Assembly: GCA_049322915.1 (NCBI GenBank)
Contig: JBMOPW010000013.1
Location: 32,001 to 96,000, forward strand
DNA length: 64,000 nt
Direction of reading: 5' to 3'
Source: Candidatus Zhuqueibacterota bacterium
GTDB taxonomy: Bacteria > Zhuqueibacterota > Zhuqueibacteria > Thermofontimicrobiales > Thermofontimicrobiaceae
The notes below the pieces were generated by a model. The model ran no database searches and had not been told where the DNA came from. It was given only the letters and a program-made list of their open reading frames with translations. Position numbers and translations under genes: made by a program. Within the stretch, counting starts at the first letter, position 1; every line of letters starts with the position of its first letter. Shown here piece after piece: positions 1 to 9,173 of the stretch.

Positions 1-747
1 GGTAAGCTGGTCGCCGATGGCCTCATGCACCAGCACCGCCGCCACCGATGAATCCACTCCGCCGGACAGTCCGCAAATGACATGCTTCGTCCCGACGATC
101 TCCCGAATGGCGCGGATGGATTCATGGATGAAAGACTTGGGCGACCACAGTCCGTGGCAGCCGGCAATATTGTAGATGAAATTCCGGATAAACTGGTCGC
201 CCCGGTCTGTATGGGCGACCTCAGGGTGAAACTGAAGACCATAAATATTCCGCGTCCGATGTCTGATAATGCCGTACGGTGAATTTGCCGTCGCTCCCAG
301 CACGACAAAATCGGCTGGCAGCTTTTCGACGCGGTCGCCGTGACTCATCCACACCTTCGCGGTCGAGCCGATGTTTTCCAGCAGGGGGTCGTTGCGCGTG
401 ATGTTCAACAAGGCATGGCCGTATTCGCGGTGATCGGCGCGCGTCACTTCGCCACCCATGAGATGGCTCAGCAATTGCAAACCATAGCAGATCCCCAGAA
501 TCGGAATACCCATTTCCAGAATGGCGGTGTCTACCTTCGGCGCATCATTGGCATAGACCGAAGAAGGTCCGCCGGACAGGACAATGCCGCGCGGGGCGAT
601 CTTTTTAATCTCATCGCTGGAAATAGTGAAAGGTTTGATTTCCGAATACACGCCCTGCTCGCGGATTCGCCGGGCAATGAGCTGCGTGTACTGAGAGCCG
701 AAATCCAGAATTAAAATGCGTTCATCGTGAATTGCAGTCGTGGTCAC
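1..747 (-). CDS. guaA: GMP synthase (glutamine-hydrolyzing), N-terminal part; runs off the window
   Basis: Manual translation of the minus strand from GTG at 747: ...RILILDFGSQYTQLIARRIRE... to ...VICGLSGGVDSSVAAVLVHEAIGDQLT. Not in the ORF track because it is truncated. Confidence 0.95.
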   Translation of the reverse strand, partial: MTTTAIHDERILILDFGSQYTQLIARRIREQGVYSEIKPFTISSDEIKKIAPRGIVLSGGPSSVYANDAPKVDTAILEMGIPILGICYGLQLLSHLMGGEVTRADHREYGHALLNITRNDPLLENIGSTAKVWMSHGDRVEKLPADFVVLGATANSPYGIIRHRTRNIYGLQFHPEVAHTDRGDQFIRNFIYNIAGCHGLWSPKSFIHESIRAIREIVGTKHVICGLSGGVDSSVAAVLVHEAIGDQLT

Positions 748-951
748 GTTGGTATCCTCTGGTGAATTGTGAAACAAGAGATGAAGTCACTCCCTCGTCC
801 TGTCCGTTGGGATGCATCATTCTCCCGCGGCGATCGTGCAGCGCAGTCGATTGATGTTCCGTCCGCAATTGGCGCGGGAATCACAAGGACAGGGTTGGTT
901 TAACGAATGATGAAGCAGGGCAGGAAGAGATTCTACGGGTGCCGGTGAGCC

Positions 952-1710
952 TTATTTAGTAATTCCCCACCCTTTCAAATCGTCTAAAAAGCTGTAATTC
1001 GTCAGGTCGAAATGGACCGGGGTTATGGAAATCTTGTTATCCAGAATCGCGCGGTCATCCACGTCCGGATCGGTCTCCAGTTCCACCTTTTGGCCGGTGA
1101 GCCAGTAGTAAACCCGTCGATGGGGATCGACGCGCTTATCGAATTCTTCCTGATACATGGCGCATCCCTGTCGCGTAATTTGAACGCCCTGAATTTCGTC
1201 TTCGGAGTCCACAGCCGGCACATTCACATTCAATAGCGTCCCTTTGGGGAGCCTGTTTTTCAAAATGATTTTGGACAATTTGCCGGCGAACTTCGCGGCC
1301 ACATCAAATTTCGGCTTCACGAACGTCGTCAGCGAAATGGCAAATGAAGGAATGTCGAGGAACATGCCCTCCGTGGCAGCGGACACTGTTCCCGAATAGA
1401 TGATATTGATCCCGGTATTCGAGCCCAGATTGATCCCTGAAATCAGAATATCCGGTTTGATTCCCAGCGCCCAGCAGGCAATTTTGACGCAATCCGCCGG
1501 CGTGCCATTGACGGCGTAGCCGAAAAATTCATCGCTCTTTTTGAAATCAACCACCCGAAGCGGATCGGACAGGGTGATGGCATGTCCCACAGCGCTTTTT
1601 TCACTATCAGGGGCAACGACAAACACCTCGCCGTGTTTTATCATTTCCTTGTGAAGTGCGGACAGCCCCGGCGCGTTAATGCCATCGTCATTCGTCAACA
1701 GTATTTTCAT
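952..1710 (-). CDS. surE: 5'/3'-nucleotidase SurE
   Basis: MKILLTNDDG, GTPADCV, SGINLGSN and YSGTVSAA motifs. Confidence 0.95.
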   Translation of the reverse strand: MKILLTNDDGINAPGLSALHKEMIKHGEVFVVAPDSEKSAVGHAITLSDPLRVVDFKKSDEFFGYAVNGTPADCVKIACWALGIKPDILISGINLGSNTGINIIYSGTVSAATEGMFLDIPSFAISLTTFVKPKFDVAAKFAGKLSKIILKNRLPKGTLLNVNVPAVDSEDEIQGVQITRQGCAMYQEEFDKRVDPHRRVYYWLTGQKVELETDPDVDDRAILDNKISITPVHFDLTNYSFLDDLKGWGITK

Positions 1711-2635
1711 CGTTTTCTGAACTTTCACTATAGTCTATATTATCGTCATTTTCAGTCATATTAACACTGTCAATTTCCCCACCGTCCTCCTCTTTTTCAA
1801 TGCCAAAAAATTCCAGCATGGCGGAGAGCTTTTCTTTCATCTCACTGCGGGGCACAATGATATCGACAAATCCGTGCTGAAGCAGGAATTCCGCGCGCTG
1901 AAACCCCTCCGGCAAATCCTGACCGATCGTCTGTTTGATGACGCGTTCACCGGCAAAACCGATCAACGCGCCGGGCTCCGCAATATTCACATCGCCCAGC
2001 ATGGCGTAGCTTGCGGACACGCCGCCAGTGGTGGGATTTGTGAGAATAGAAATATAGGGCAGGCCATGATCCGATAGTTTGGCCAAAAACGCCGATGTCT
2101 TGGCCATCTGCATCAGGGACAGGGCGCCCTCCATCATGCGCGCGCCGCCGGAGGCCGAGATGATGATGATCGGGCATTTTTTCTCAATCGCCAATTCCGT
2201 GGCCCGGGCAATCTTCTCCCCCACGACAGAGCCCATGCTGCCGCCAATGAAGGAAAAGTCCATGACGCACAGTACGACATTTCTGTTCTCGATTCGACCG
2301 GTGCCGGTGAGTATCGCCTCGTTCACACCGCTCTTTTTAATGGCGTCTTTCAAGCGTTCATTATACCGCTTCTTGTCTTTGAATTTCAGAAAATCGACAG
2401 ACTTGATGTGAGCATTGAACTCATTAAATTTGCCGCCATCGAGCAACAGCTTAATGTACATCCGGGCGCTCATTTTGAAATGATAGCCGCAGCTACGGCA
2501 CACTGACAGATTTTTATCCAATTCCCGTTTATAAATAACCTCATTGCATTTTTCGCATTTCAGCCAGAGACCATCCGGCAAATCCTTCTTCTGTTGCGGG
2601 GCTAGCCCTAACGAATCTCGTTTAAACCAGGCCAT
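1688..2635 (-). CDS. accD: Acetyl-CoA carboxylase carboxyltransferase beta subunit
   Basis: Zn ribbon CEKC...CRSC, FIGGSMG, SGGARMMEG, PTTGGVSAS, GFAGERVI. Confidence 0.95.
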   Translation of the reverse strand: MAWFKRDSLGLAPQQKKDLPDGLWLKCEKCNEVIYKRELDKNLSVCRSCGYHFKMSARMYIKLLLDGGKFNEFNAHIKSVDFLKFKDKKRYNERLKDAIKKSGVNEAILTGTGRIENRNVVLCVMDFSFIGGSMGSVVGEKIARATELAIEKKCPIIIISASGGARMMEGALSLMQMAKTSAFLAKLSDHGLPYISILTNPTTGGVSASYAMLGDVNIAEPGALIGFAGERVIKQTIGQDLPEGFQRAEFLLQHGFVDIIVPRSEMKEKLSAMLEFFGIEKEEDGGEIDSVNMTENDDNIDYSESSENDENTVDE

Positions 2636-3101
2636 AGGTATTCTCCAAGTTTAAGTTACGGCTCAATAACAGAGCGTCTTCTTTTTCGTTTTCATAATAT
2701 CCTTTTCGGATACCGACAAGTTCGAAATGATATTTTTTATAAAGCGCTATCGCTGATTTGTTGCTCTTTCTCACCTCAAGATACACATACTGCGCGCCCA
2801 ATTCTGAGCCCACCAGCAGCGACAGCCAGAGCATCGTTTCACCGATTTTCTTTTTTCGGAATTCCTGCTGAACCGCCAGATTGCTCAGATGAAATTCATC
2901 GAGCACGAAAAAAGATACGGCGTAAGCGACAACCGCACCGCCGACCAATCCGACCAGCGATATATTGAAATGGCGCCTGTCCAATTTGTATAAAAATCCT
3001 TCCTCTGTCCACGGCGAACTGAATATCTGATGCTCCAGTTGGCATACAGCCGGTACATCGTCGGCAACCATGCGCCGCACATGCAGGGCTGTCCTGTCCA
3101 T
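2622..3101 (-). CDS. rimI: RimI-like N-acetyltransferase (start uncertain: 3101 or 3185)
   Basis: SPW, NLAV, LEVRKSN..AIALY, RKGYY, EDA motifs; lies downstream of tsaB. Confidence 0.85.
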   Translation of the reverse strand: MDRTALHVRRMVADDVPAVCQLEHQIFSSPWTEEGFLYKLDRRHFNISLVGLVGGAVVAYAVSFFVLDEFHLSNLAVQQEFRKKKIGETMLWLSLLVGSELGAQYVYLEVRKSNKSAIALYKKYHFELVGIRKGYYENEKEDALLLSRNLNLENTYGLV

Positions 3102-3201
3102 CAGTTGAATGTCCAGCCCCTGTTCCACTTGATCGTACCAACTGGCGCAGTTCACATTGGCGGTTAAAAACGGCAGTTCCGGCATGGATTCGTGTCTGAT
3201 C

Positions 3202-3885
3202 TCAGAGTCCAATTTTTTTCTTCGCTTTGAAATCCTTGAGGTAAAATGGCTCCAGCGTATCGATATTTTCCAACTCGCGCCTGGTGGCTTTTTCGTAACC
3301 CAACAGGGCAACGGCATAGCCGGAGGATAAACTGAATTCGGGCGGAGCGATGGTGACCTGTTCAGCCACTTCCCCGCGGATAAAGTCGGATACCCCCTTC
3401 ATGCCGATATTGATCAGCAACGTCCTTTCTTCGATAACCTGATTCAGGTCTTTGAGCGTGATCAGTCGAAACTCTTTACGCCGAACGAGCCTGTTTTCTT
3501 CGAACCGGTACAATGCGGTGTAGGCTTCATCAGCCTGCGCTTTGACGAGGGGACAGATATGCCCTGGCCAGAATCGGGACTGATACGCAAACGCGTCGAG
3601 CGTCGGTACAGAGACGACTGCCGCGCCCGTCGAAAAGGCCAATCCTTTCACGGCAGCCAGTCCGATGCGCAGTCCGGTGAACGAGCCCGGCCCGACAGCA
3701 ATCGCGAGACAATCGATCTGCGCCACCGTCAAATGAGCCTGACCCAGCACCCAATCGATGGAAGGGATCAATTTCTCGGCATGCGCCCGTTTGATATTCG
3801 ACCGAAGTTCAGTGATAAGCGTTTTGTCCTCCGTCACCGCGAGGCTCAGTACTTCAGTCGATGTGTCGATTGCCAGTATTTTCAT
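3202..3885 (-). CDS. tsaB: tRNA t6A biosynthesis protein TsaB
   Basis: MKILAIDTS, GPGSFTGLRIG, LEPFYL. Confidence 0.93.
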   Translation of the reverse strand: MKILAIDTSTEVLSLAVTEDKTLITELRSNIKRAHAEKLIPSIDWVLGQAHLTVAQIDCLAIAVGPGSFTGLRIGLAAVKGLAFSTGAAVVSVPTLDAFAYQSRFWPGHICPLVKAQADEAYTALYRFEENRLVRRKEFRLITLKDLNQVIEERTLLINIGMKGVSDFIRGEVAEQVTIAPPEFSLSSGYAVALLGYEKATRRELENIDTLEPFYLKDFKAKKKIGL

Positions 3886-3938
3886 TCGTCGCGACCGTGC
3901 TCCTGCGTTGCATGCATGATGCGCTCGCCGTTCTTCGC

Positions 3939-4367
3939 TCAGCGCTCCATGCGGATTTTTCGGATGTGTTCCTGACCGGGCTCGAAAGAACCCTCTAAAA
4001 ATATATCGATACGTATCGCCGGCAGCAGCCCGGCAATTCGCTCTGCCCATTCGATCAGGCAGACGCCGTCGCCGTTAAAATATTCTTCGTAACCCAGGTC
4101 GTAAATTTCCCGCTCGGATTCGATCCGATACAGGTCGAAATGGTAGACCGGAAATGTGCCGCTGTACTCATTGATCAGCGTAAAAGTGGGGCTGGATACC
4201 TGCTCGAAACAACCCAGTCCCCGGCAAATGCCCTGCACTGTTCGGGTTTTGCCGCTGCCCAGATCCCCGAAAAAAGCGACGACATCGCCGGGCCGCAGGG
4301 AGCGGCTGATTTTTTCGCCCCAGGCCATTGTCTCGGCGTCGCTGTATGAAACGAACAACTCCACCAT
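3939..4367 (-). CDS. tsaE: tRNA t6A biosynthesis ATPase TsaE
   Basis: GDLGSGKT, VSSPTFTL, HFDLYR, LIEW. Confidence 0.95.
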   Translation of the reverse strand: MVELFVSYSDAETMAWGEKISRSLRPGDVVAFFGDLGSGKTRTVQGICRGLGCFEQVSSPTFTLINEYSGTFPVYHFDLYRIESEREIYDLGYEEYFNGDGVCLIEWAERIAGLLPAIRIDIFLEGSFEPGQEHIRKIRMER

Positions 4368-4374
4368 GCTGCTG

Positions 4375-5934
4375 TTATTTCGCCTCCAGTTTGATGACCG
4401 GCAGGATCATTTCTTCCATCGAGACTCCGCCGTGCTGGAAACTGTCTTTATAATAATTCAAATAATGATGGAAATCGGTTGGGTAAACAAAATAGTAATC
4501 CTCTTTGGCGATGAGGTAATTGGTATTGATGCCGCGCGCCGGCAGCTTGTACTCTTCCGGTTTTTTGATATTGATGGCATACTTGGGATCGCATTTCAGG
4601 CTGCGACCGTATTTGTAGCGCAGATTCGTCGATGTTTCCCGGTCGCCGATCACTTTGGCGCCCCGCATGCTGCGTATGCTGCCGTGATCCGATGTGATGA
4701 TGACAGTTTTGCCGGCCGTGGAAAGCCTTTGTAAAATTTTCAACAAAATGGAGTGCTCGAACCAGGACTGCGTCAGCGACCGAAACGCGGATTCGTCCGG
4801 GGCAATCTCTTTCAGCACTTCAGAATCACTCCGGCTGTGCGCTAAAAAATCGATGAAGTTGAACACAATGGCGAGCAGCGGCGTGCTGGCTAACATCGAA
4901 ATATTTTTCTGCAAATTTTTCGCTTCCTTCGAATCGAGCACCTTGACATATTTGAGCGGCTGAGCCAATTGAATCCGGCGTCGCTCAAGTTGTTTCTCCA
5001 GGAACTGGTGCTCGTAGCGATTGCGGCTGAATTCATCCTCCTCGCCCTTCTCCCACAATTCGGCATGCTCCCGACTCAGTTCCGCCGGAAACAGGCCGGA
5101 AAATATGGCATTGCGCGAATACGGCGTGGCCGTTGGCAAAATGGAAAAATAATAGTCTTTTGAAATTTGATAATAGCTGTACAACAGCGGCTCGAGCGTC
5201 AGCCATTGATCGAGACGGAGATTGTCCATCACGATAAATACAACCGATTTATGTTGTTCCAGGAGCGGAAGAACATGGCGCCGAATGACGTCCGTGGACA
5301 GCAACGGCCGCTCTTCGCTCTCGATCCAGCGGCAATAATTCCGCTCGATGAATTTGCCAAATTCAATATTACAATCGCGCTTCTGGTCGAGCAGCGTCTG
5401 GCGGAGGCCCAGGTCAGGATGGCCGTCCAGTTGCACTTCCCACTCGGTGAGCTGCAAGTAGATATCGACCCAATCCGTCGCCTGCAGCGGATTCATCAGC
5501 CGCCCGGCGATGGTGCTGAATCCCTGCACATAATCCCGCGAAAGTTTTTCGCTCTCAATTTTTTTGATGTCCAAAATCCTCTTGCACGACAACAGAATCT
5601 GGGACGGGTTCACCGGCTTGGTCAGATAATCATCGATCTTGCCACCGATGGCCTGATCCATCAACTGCTCTTCTTCATTCTTGGTAATCATGATCACCGG
5701 CAGCGACGGATTGATCTCCTTGAACCGGGTGAGCGCGGTGAGGCCATCCATGCCGTTGAGCATCTCGTCCAATAAAATCAGATCGAAGCTCTGCTCCTGA
5801 ATCAGCGAGATGGCGTCTTCGGCGTTGGTCACCGGGGTGATGCGATACCCGCGCTCTTCGAGAAACATGATATGCGGCTTCAACAACTCGATTTCATCGT
5901 CAACCCAGAGGATTTGTTTATATGTCTCGGTCAT
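4375..5934 (-). CDS. porX: PorX-type response regulator with C-terminal PglZ/alkaline-phosphatase-like domain
   Basis: ILWVDDE receiver; MDNLRLDQW, SILPTATPYSRNAIFSG, TSDHG, FQHGGVSMEEM; immediately upstream of tsaE. Confidence 0.88.
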   Translation of the reverse strand: MTETYKQILWVDDEIELLKPHIMFLEERGYRITPVTNAEDAISLIQEQSFDLILLDEMLNGMDGLTALTRFKEINPSLPVIMITKNEEEQLMDQAIGGKIDDYLTKPVNPSQILLSCKRILDIKKIESEKLSRDYVQGFSTIAGRLMNPLQATDWVDIYLQLTEWEVQLDGHPDLGLRQTLLDQKRDCNIEFGKFIERNYCRWIESEERPLLSTDVIRRHVLPLLEQHKSVVFIVMDNLRLDQWLTLEPLLYSYYQISKDYYFSILPTATPYSRNAIFSGLFPAELSREHAELWEKGEEDEFSRNRYEHQFLEKQLERRRIQLAQPLKYVKVLDSKEAKNLQKNISMLASTPLLAIVFNFIDFLAHSRSDSEVLKEIAPDESAFRSLTQSWFEHSILLKILQRLSTAGKTVIITSDHGSIRSMRGAKVIGDRETSTNLRYKYGRSLKCDPKYAINIKKPEEYKLPARGINTNYLIAKEDYYFVYPTDFHHYLNYYKDSFQHGGVSMEEMILPVIKLEAK

Positions 5935-5977
5935 GTTTCCTTTCGATGGTTCGTTCGTGCGACTTATAACGCGCAGA

Positions 5978-6006
5978 AAAATAACTATTTTTTAGTTGAA
6001 TGTCAA
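5978..6006 (-). promoter_or_regulatory. Putative sigma70 promoter for the porX operon
   Basis: TTGACA-17 nt-TATTTT on the minus strand. Confidence 0.5.
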
Positions 6007-6087
6007 TAATTTTGATAGAAATATTGATGCGGTCAGTCCGTCGCCTCAAAACGGACGCGCTGCCGGCATCCATTAAACCGCAGCGCA

Positions 6088-6519
6088 TCACGCTGACATC
6101 AGCGCCTGTTCGTATTGCTGAATGGCCTGGACAAAAGCCGGCGGCAGTTTCTTGATCTGACGATTTTTATAATCGAAGCCCGCCATCTTTGTATACCCGC
6201 TGGCAACCAGCAATCCCTGCTCATCGTCCCGAAACATCAGATAGTCCATCATGAATTTCACGCCCTTCAATTCCGAAATCCGCACGTACACAATCAGCCG
6301 ATTGGCCCAGAACACCTCGGCTTTGAAGTCGACATGCGCGCTGCTCATTATCAGACTGGTATCGTCGCCGATATTCATTTCAGAAAAGTTGAACTGAGCC
6401 AGATAGCGCAGACGCGCTTCTTGAAAAATGGACAGGTAGCGGTCGTTGCCCAGATGCCCGCCGTAGTTGATATCCCCGATGGTCACATCCAGTTTAGTTG
6501 AAAATTTGAAGTTTTCCAT
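6088..6519 (-). CDS. Thioesterase family (hot-dog fold) protein
   Basis: DINYGGHLGNDRYL..FQEAR motif of 4HBT-like thioesterases. Confidence 0.85.
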   Translation of the reverse strand: MENFKFSTKLDVTIGDINYGGHLGNDRYLSIFQEARLRYLAQFNFSEMNIGDDTSLIMSSAHVDFKAEVFWANRLIVYVRISELKGVKFMMDYLMFRDDEQGLLVASGYTKMAGFDYKNRQIKKLPPAFVQAIQQYEQALMSA

Positions 6520-6685
6520 GTGCCTCATTTCCTGGTTTGAAGCATCACCCTGCTTGCGAATCATTCGCACAGACCAATTTCAATTTGGTGAATATACAAA
6601 ATTATAACCATAAATGCCAAGCTAAAATTTCAGAGCTGGCCGGAACAGCAACGCATCACGATGAAAGCAGATTTAAAATTTTCGC

Positions 6686-6713
6686 TTGACTATTGGCAGA
6701 AAAAAACTATATT
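6686..6713 (+). promoter_or_regulatory. Putative sigma70 promoter
   Basis: TTGACT-16 nt-TATATT upstream of the ORF at 6842. Confidence 0.4.
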
Positions 6714-6841
6714 GTAACATATCTTTATTTCTCCAAATGAAACACCTCGCCGGGTCACAGGTGCGCTTCATATTTACATATTAAAAAGTGATACTATCGA
6801 TTCGACATCACTGATTCATCATCAATCATCAGAGGGAGGGT

Positions 6842-8122
6842 ATGATGAACGCACTGTCTGGATTTGTGGCGGGAATTGTGGGCCTTTTGTTCAGCGCTCA
6901 ATTCGCCATTGCGGGACAGCCGGAAACCGCCACATTCAACAGATCGGTGTCTTTGTGCCAGCGCTATTTAGCCCAGGACGGCTTCGAAAATATTCAGATC
7001 AAAATTGGGCTCGAAAACACAGTCTGGATCTACTACGAAAATCACCGCTACCGCAATGAATTGGCCGCACTCGGCGTTGTGCTTGGCTATGCCGCCGGGT
7101 GTTTCAAAAATGCGGATTCATTCATCCTTGTCCCGCGCCTGCGCCGGGTGGCCATCTGCTACATCACCATCAATCCCAACGACGCGCGCCTGTTCCTTCA
7201 GAACCGGATCACGCCGGACGAGTTCATCGATCTCTGGCGCATTGCGAACACGGAACCAGACCAGCCGCTTCGTGGCTATGAAACACCCTCCATCCGCTCA
7301 TCTTTATTCAATCTCGATTGCAGCGTTCTGCCGGGCGTCAAAACCCAGTTCGCCCGACCCGGCGATCCGGTCCAGATGCAATTCAATTTTCTGGCGAATG
7401 TGACATCCACCATCGCCACAGGCGCTCAACTCTATGGACAGTTGATCACCCCCCTGTACAATGAATTTCAGACCGATGAAAACAATTTCCGAATTGGGTC
7501 TCTGTACATCAATCAGCTTCTCCGGCTGAAATCGGCTACATACATTTCCCTGAGCGCCGGGCTTTTTGAATATTCCTATGCCGGCATTTCGACCATGATG
7601 CAGCGCTATTTTTTCGGCAATCGCGCCAGTCTGTCGGCGCGGTTGGATTATTTCGACAATAGCCTGTTCCGCGATCCGGCGTTTGCGCCGGGCGATGTTC
7701 GGAATCATCGATCGTATCTGGTGCAGGCGCATTATTATTTCGAGCAGGTCGATTTCCGCGCCTCCGTCACCTGGGGCCGATACGCTCTGGGCGACGAAGG
7801 CTGGCGCGTGGATTTGACGCGCACGTTTCACGAACTGGAACTGGGCGTGATGGGCGTGTGGAATGAATCACTGGAATTTTTGACCGGCCTTCACGTCCGC
7901 GTGCCGTTCCCGGTGATACGCCATGCAGCGCCGTCGCGGGTGAGGCTTCGCGGCCCGAATTTCATGGAGTGGAATTACCGCTATCTTCCCTGTTACGATG
8001 GGCAGATCATCGAGTCCGGGGTGGAACACGCCGACATCCTGCGGCAATTTTCGCCGGGGTTCCTGGACGCAAACGCGCACCAGTTGCGCACTGCCCAGCG
8101 ATTTGTGAGAGTGAATCCATGA
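6842..8122 (+). CDS. YjbH-like outer-membrane protein (central/C-terminal part)
   Basis: Signal peptide, YENHRYRNE, GRYALGDEGWRVDLTRTF resembling the YjbH C-terminal barrel; RBS GGGAGG. Confidence 0.6.
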   Translation: MMNALSGFVAGIVGLLFSAQFAIAGQPETATFNRSVSLCQRYLAQDGFENIQIKIGLENTVWIYYENHRYRNELAALGVVLGYAAGCFKNADSFILVPRLRRVAICYITINPNDARLFLQNRITPDEFIDLWRIANTEPDQPLRGYETPSIRSSLFNLDCSVLPGVKTQFARPGDPVQMQFNFLANVTSTIATGAQLYGQLITPLYNEFQTDENNFRIGSLYINQLLRLKSATYISLSAGLFEYSYAGISTMMQRYFFGNRASLSARLDYFDNSLFRDPAFAPGDVRNHRSYLVQAHYYFEQVDFRASVTWGRYALGDEGWRVDLTRTFHELELGVMGVWNESLEFLTGLHVRVPFPVIRHAAPSRVRLRGPNFMEWNYRYLPCYDGQIIESGVEHADILRQFSPGFLDANAHQLRTAQRFVRVNP

Positions 8123-8200
8123 GAAGGAAAAACTGTCCGACTTAACGCAAGGTGACCACCGATTAAACCGATACCGATCTATTTCGCATTCCTGCTGCTT

Positions 8201-8899
8201 ATGCTACTGACGACGACGACGGCCCATACCGGCATTTCGCTCGCCGGAACGAGCGGGCTGATCAACATTCCAACGGCTGAAGTGATTCGCGACCAGCAGG
8301 TGATGGTGGGATTCGGCATTGTGAACCGCCATGGCGCGTATCTGCAAACGCACCGCTGCGACAACTTCCCATTCTACATCGTCATCGGTTATCTGCCGCG
8401 ACTGGAATTCAGCGCCGGGGTCACGTTCGTCCCCGGCCAGCAAAGCTACGACGGCAGCAATACCTACAAAGATGGCGTGGTGAGCGTGCAGTACGTGCTG
8501 GTCGAGGAAAGGCCCCTTTTCCCTGCCATTGCCCTGGGCGCGCGCGATATTTACAGCTTCATCCTGCTGAATACCACGTACATCGTCGCCAGCAAAAATA
8601 TTGTGCGACAGTCCAATACCCGCGTTCGATTTCATGCCGGCTACGGATCTGATGTCATCGACCGGCACCTGGGCGTGCCCAAAAGCGATCGCGGCTACCC
8701 AGTGGGACACACCATTCTCGGCGTGTTCGGCGGAATGGAAATCAACTGGAAAGACTGCATCGTCTACATGCTGGAATATGACACGCGCTTCGTGAGCACA
8801 GGGGTTCGTTTCCGACTCAACCCATTTTTGCACTTCGATTTTCACCTGCTGAATATGGAGCATGCCAGCGGCAGTTTGAATCTGTCATTCAGATTATGA
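8201..8899 (+). CDS. YjbH-like beta-barrel protein (N-terminal-type module); start may lie slightly upstream
   Basis: GTSGLINIPTA, LPRLEF, PAIALGARD, YIVASK, EYD motifs; ends in LSFRL. Confidence 0.6.
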   Translation: MLLTTTTAHTGISLAGTSGLINIPTAEVIRDQQVMVGFGIVNRHGAYLQTHRCDNFPFYIVIGYLPRLEFSAGVTFVPGQQSYDGSNTYKDGVVSVQYVLVEERPLFPAIALGARDIYSFILLNTTYIVASKNIVRQSNTRVRFHAGYGSDVIDRHLGVPKSDRGYPVGHTILGVFGGMEINWKDCIVYMLEYDTRFVSTGVRFRLNPFLHFDFHLLNMEHASGSLNLSFRL

Positions 8900-8949
8900 A
8901 ATGCAGCGCCCTGCTTCTCTGGCCTCCGTGAATCATCCCAAAAAAACGA

Positions 8950-9098
8950 GTGACATTTCATTAACCTGATAGCGCTGGATATCTATCCAGCGCGGGCAAT
9001 GGCCAGGACGTATGTCCCCGAATAGGCGCACCGTTCGGGATGAATATTCCTGACGATTAGTTGGTAGTCTTTTGTACTACAAATGACTGAAACGTTAC
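8950..9098 (+). mobile_element. MITE-like element, family A copy 1
   Basis: Imperfect terminal inverted repeats GTGACATTTCA / TGAAACGTTAC; flanks AAAAAACGA (8941-8949) and AAAAATCGA (9099-9107); three internal hairpins; homologous to 60399-60530. Confidence 0.7.
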
Positions 9099-9107
9099 AA
9101 AAATCGA

Positions 9108-9135
9108 TTGACATTTCATTATTTTTTGGTATATT
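9108..9135 (+). promoter_or_regulatory. Putative sigma70 promoter
   Basis: TTGACA-16 nt-TATATT, with TG two bases before the -10 box. Confidence 0.5.
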
Positions 9136-9173
9136 TAGTACAACTAAATTTCACGATGGGTGAGAAAAGAATC

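Noticed and set aside
82..714. Plus-strand ORFs at 82-282 and 340-714
   Set aside because: They overlap the clear guaA reading frame on the minus strand.
4375..5934. PglZ domain as a sign of a BREX defence system
   Set aside because: Receiver-PglZ fusion next to tsaE is the PorX architecture; no brxC, pglX or brxL genes are present.
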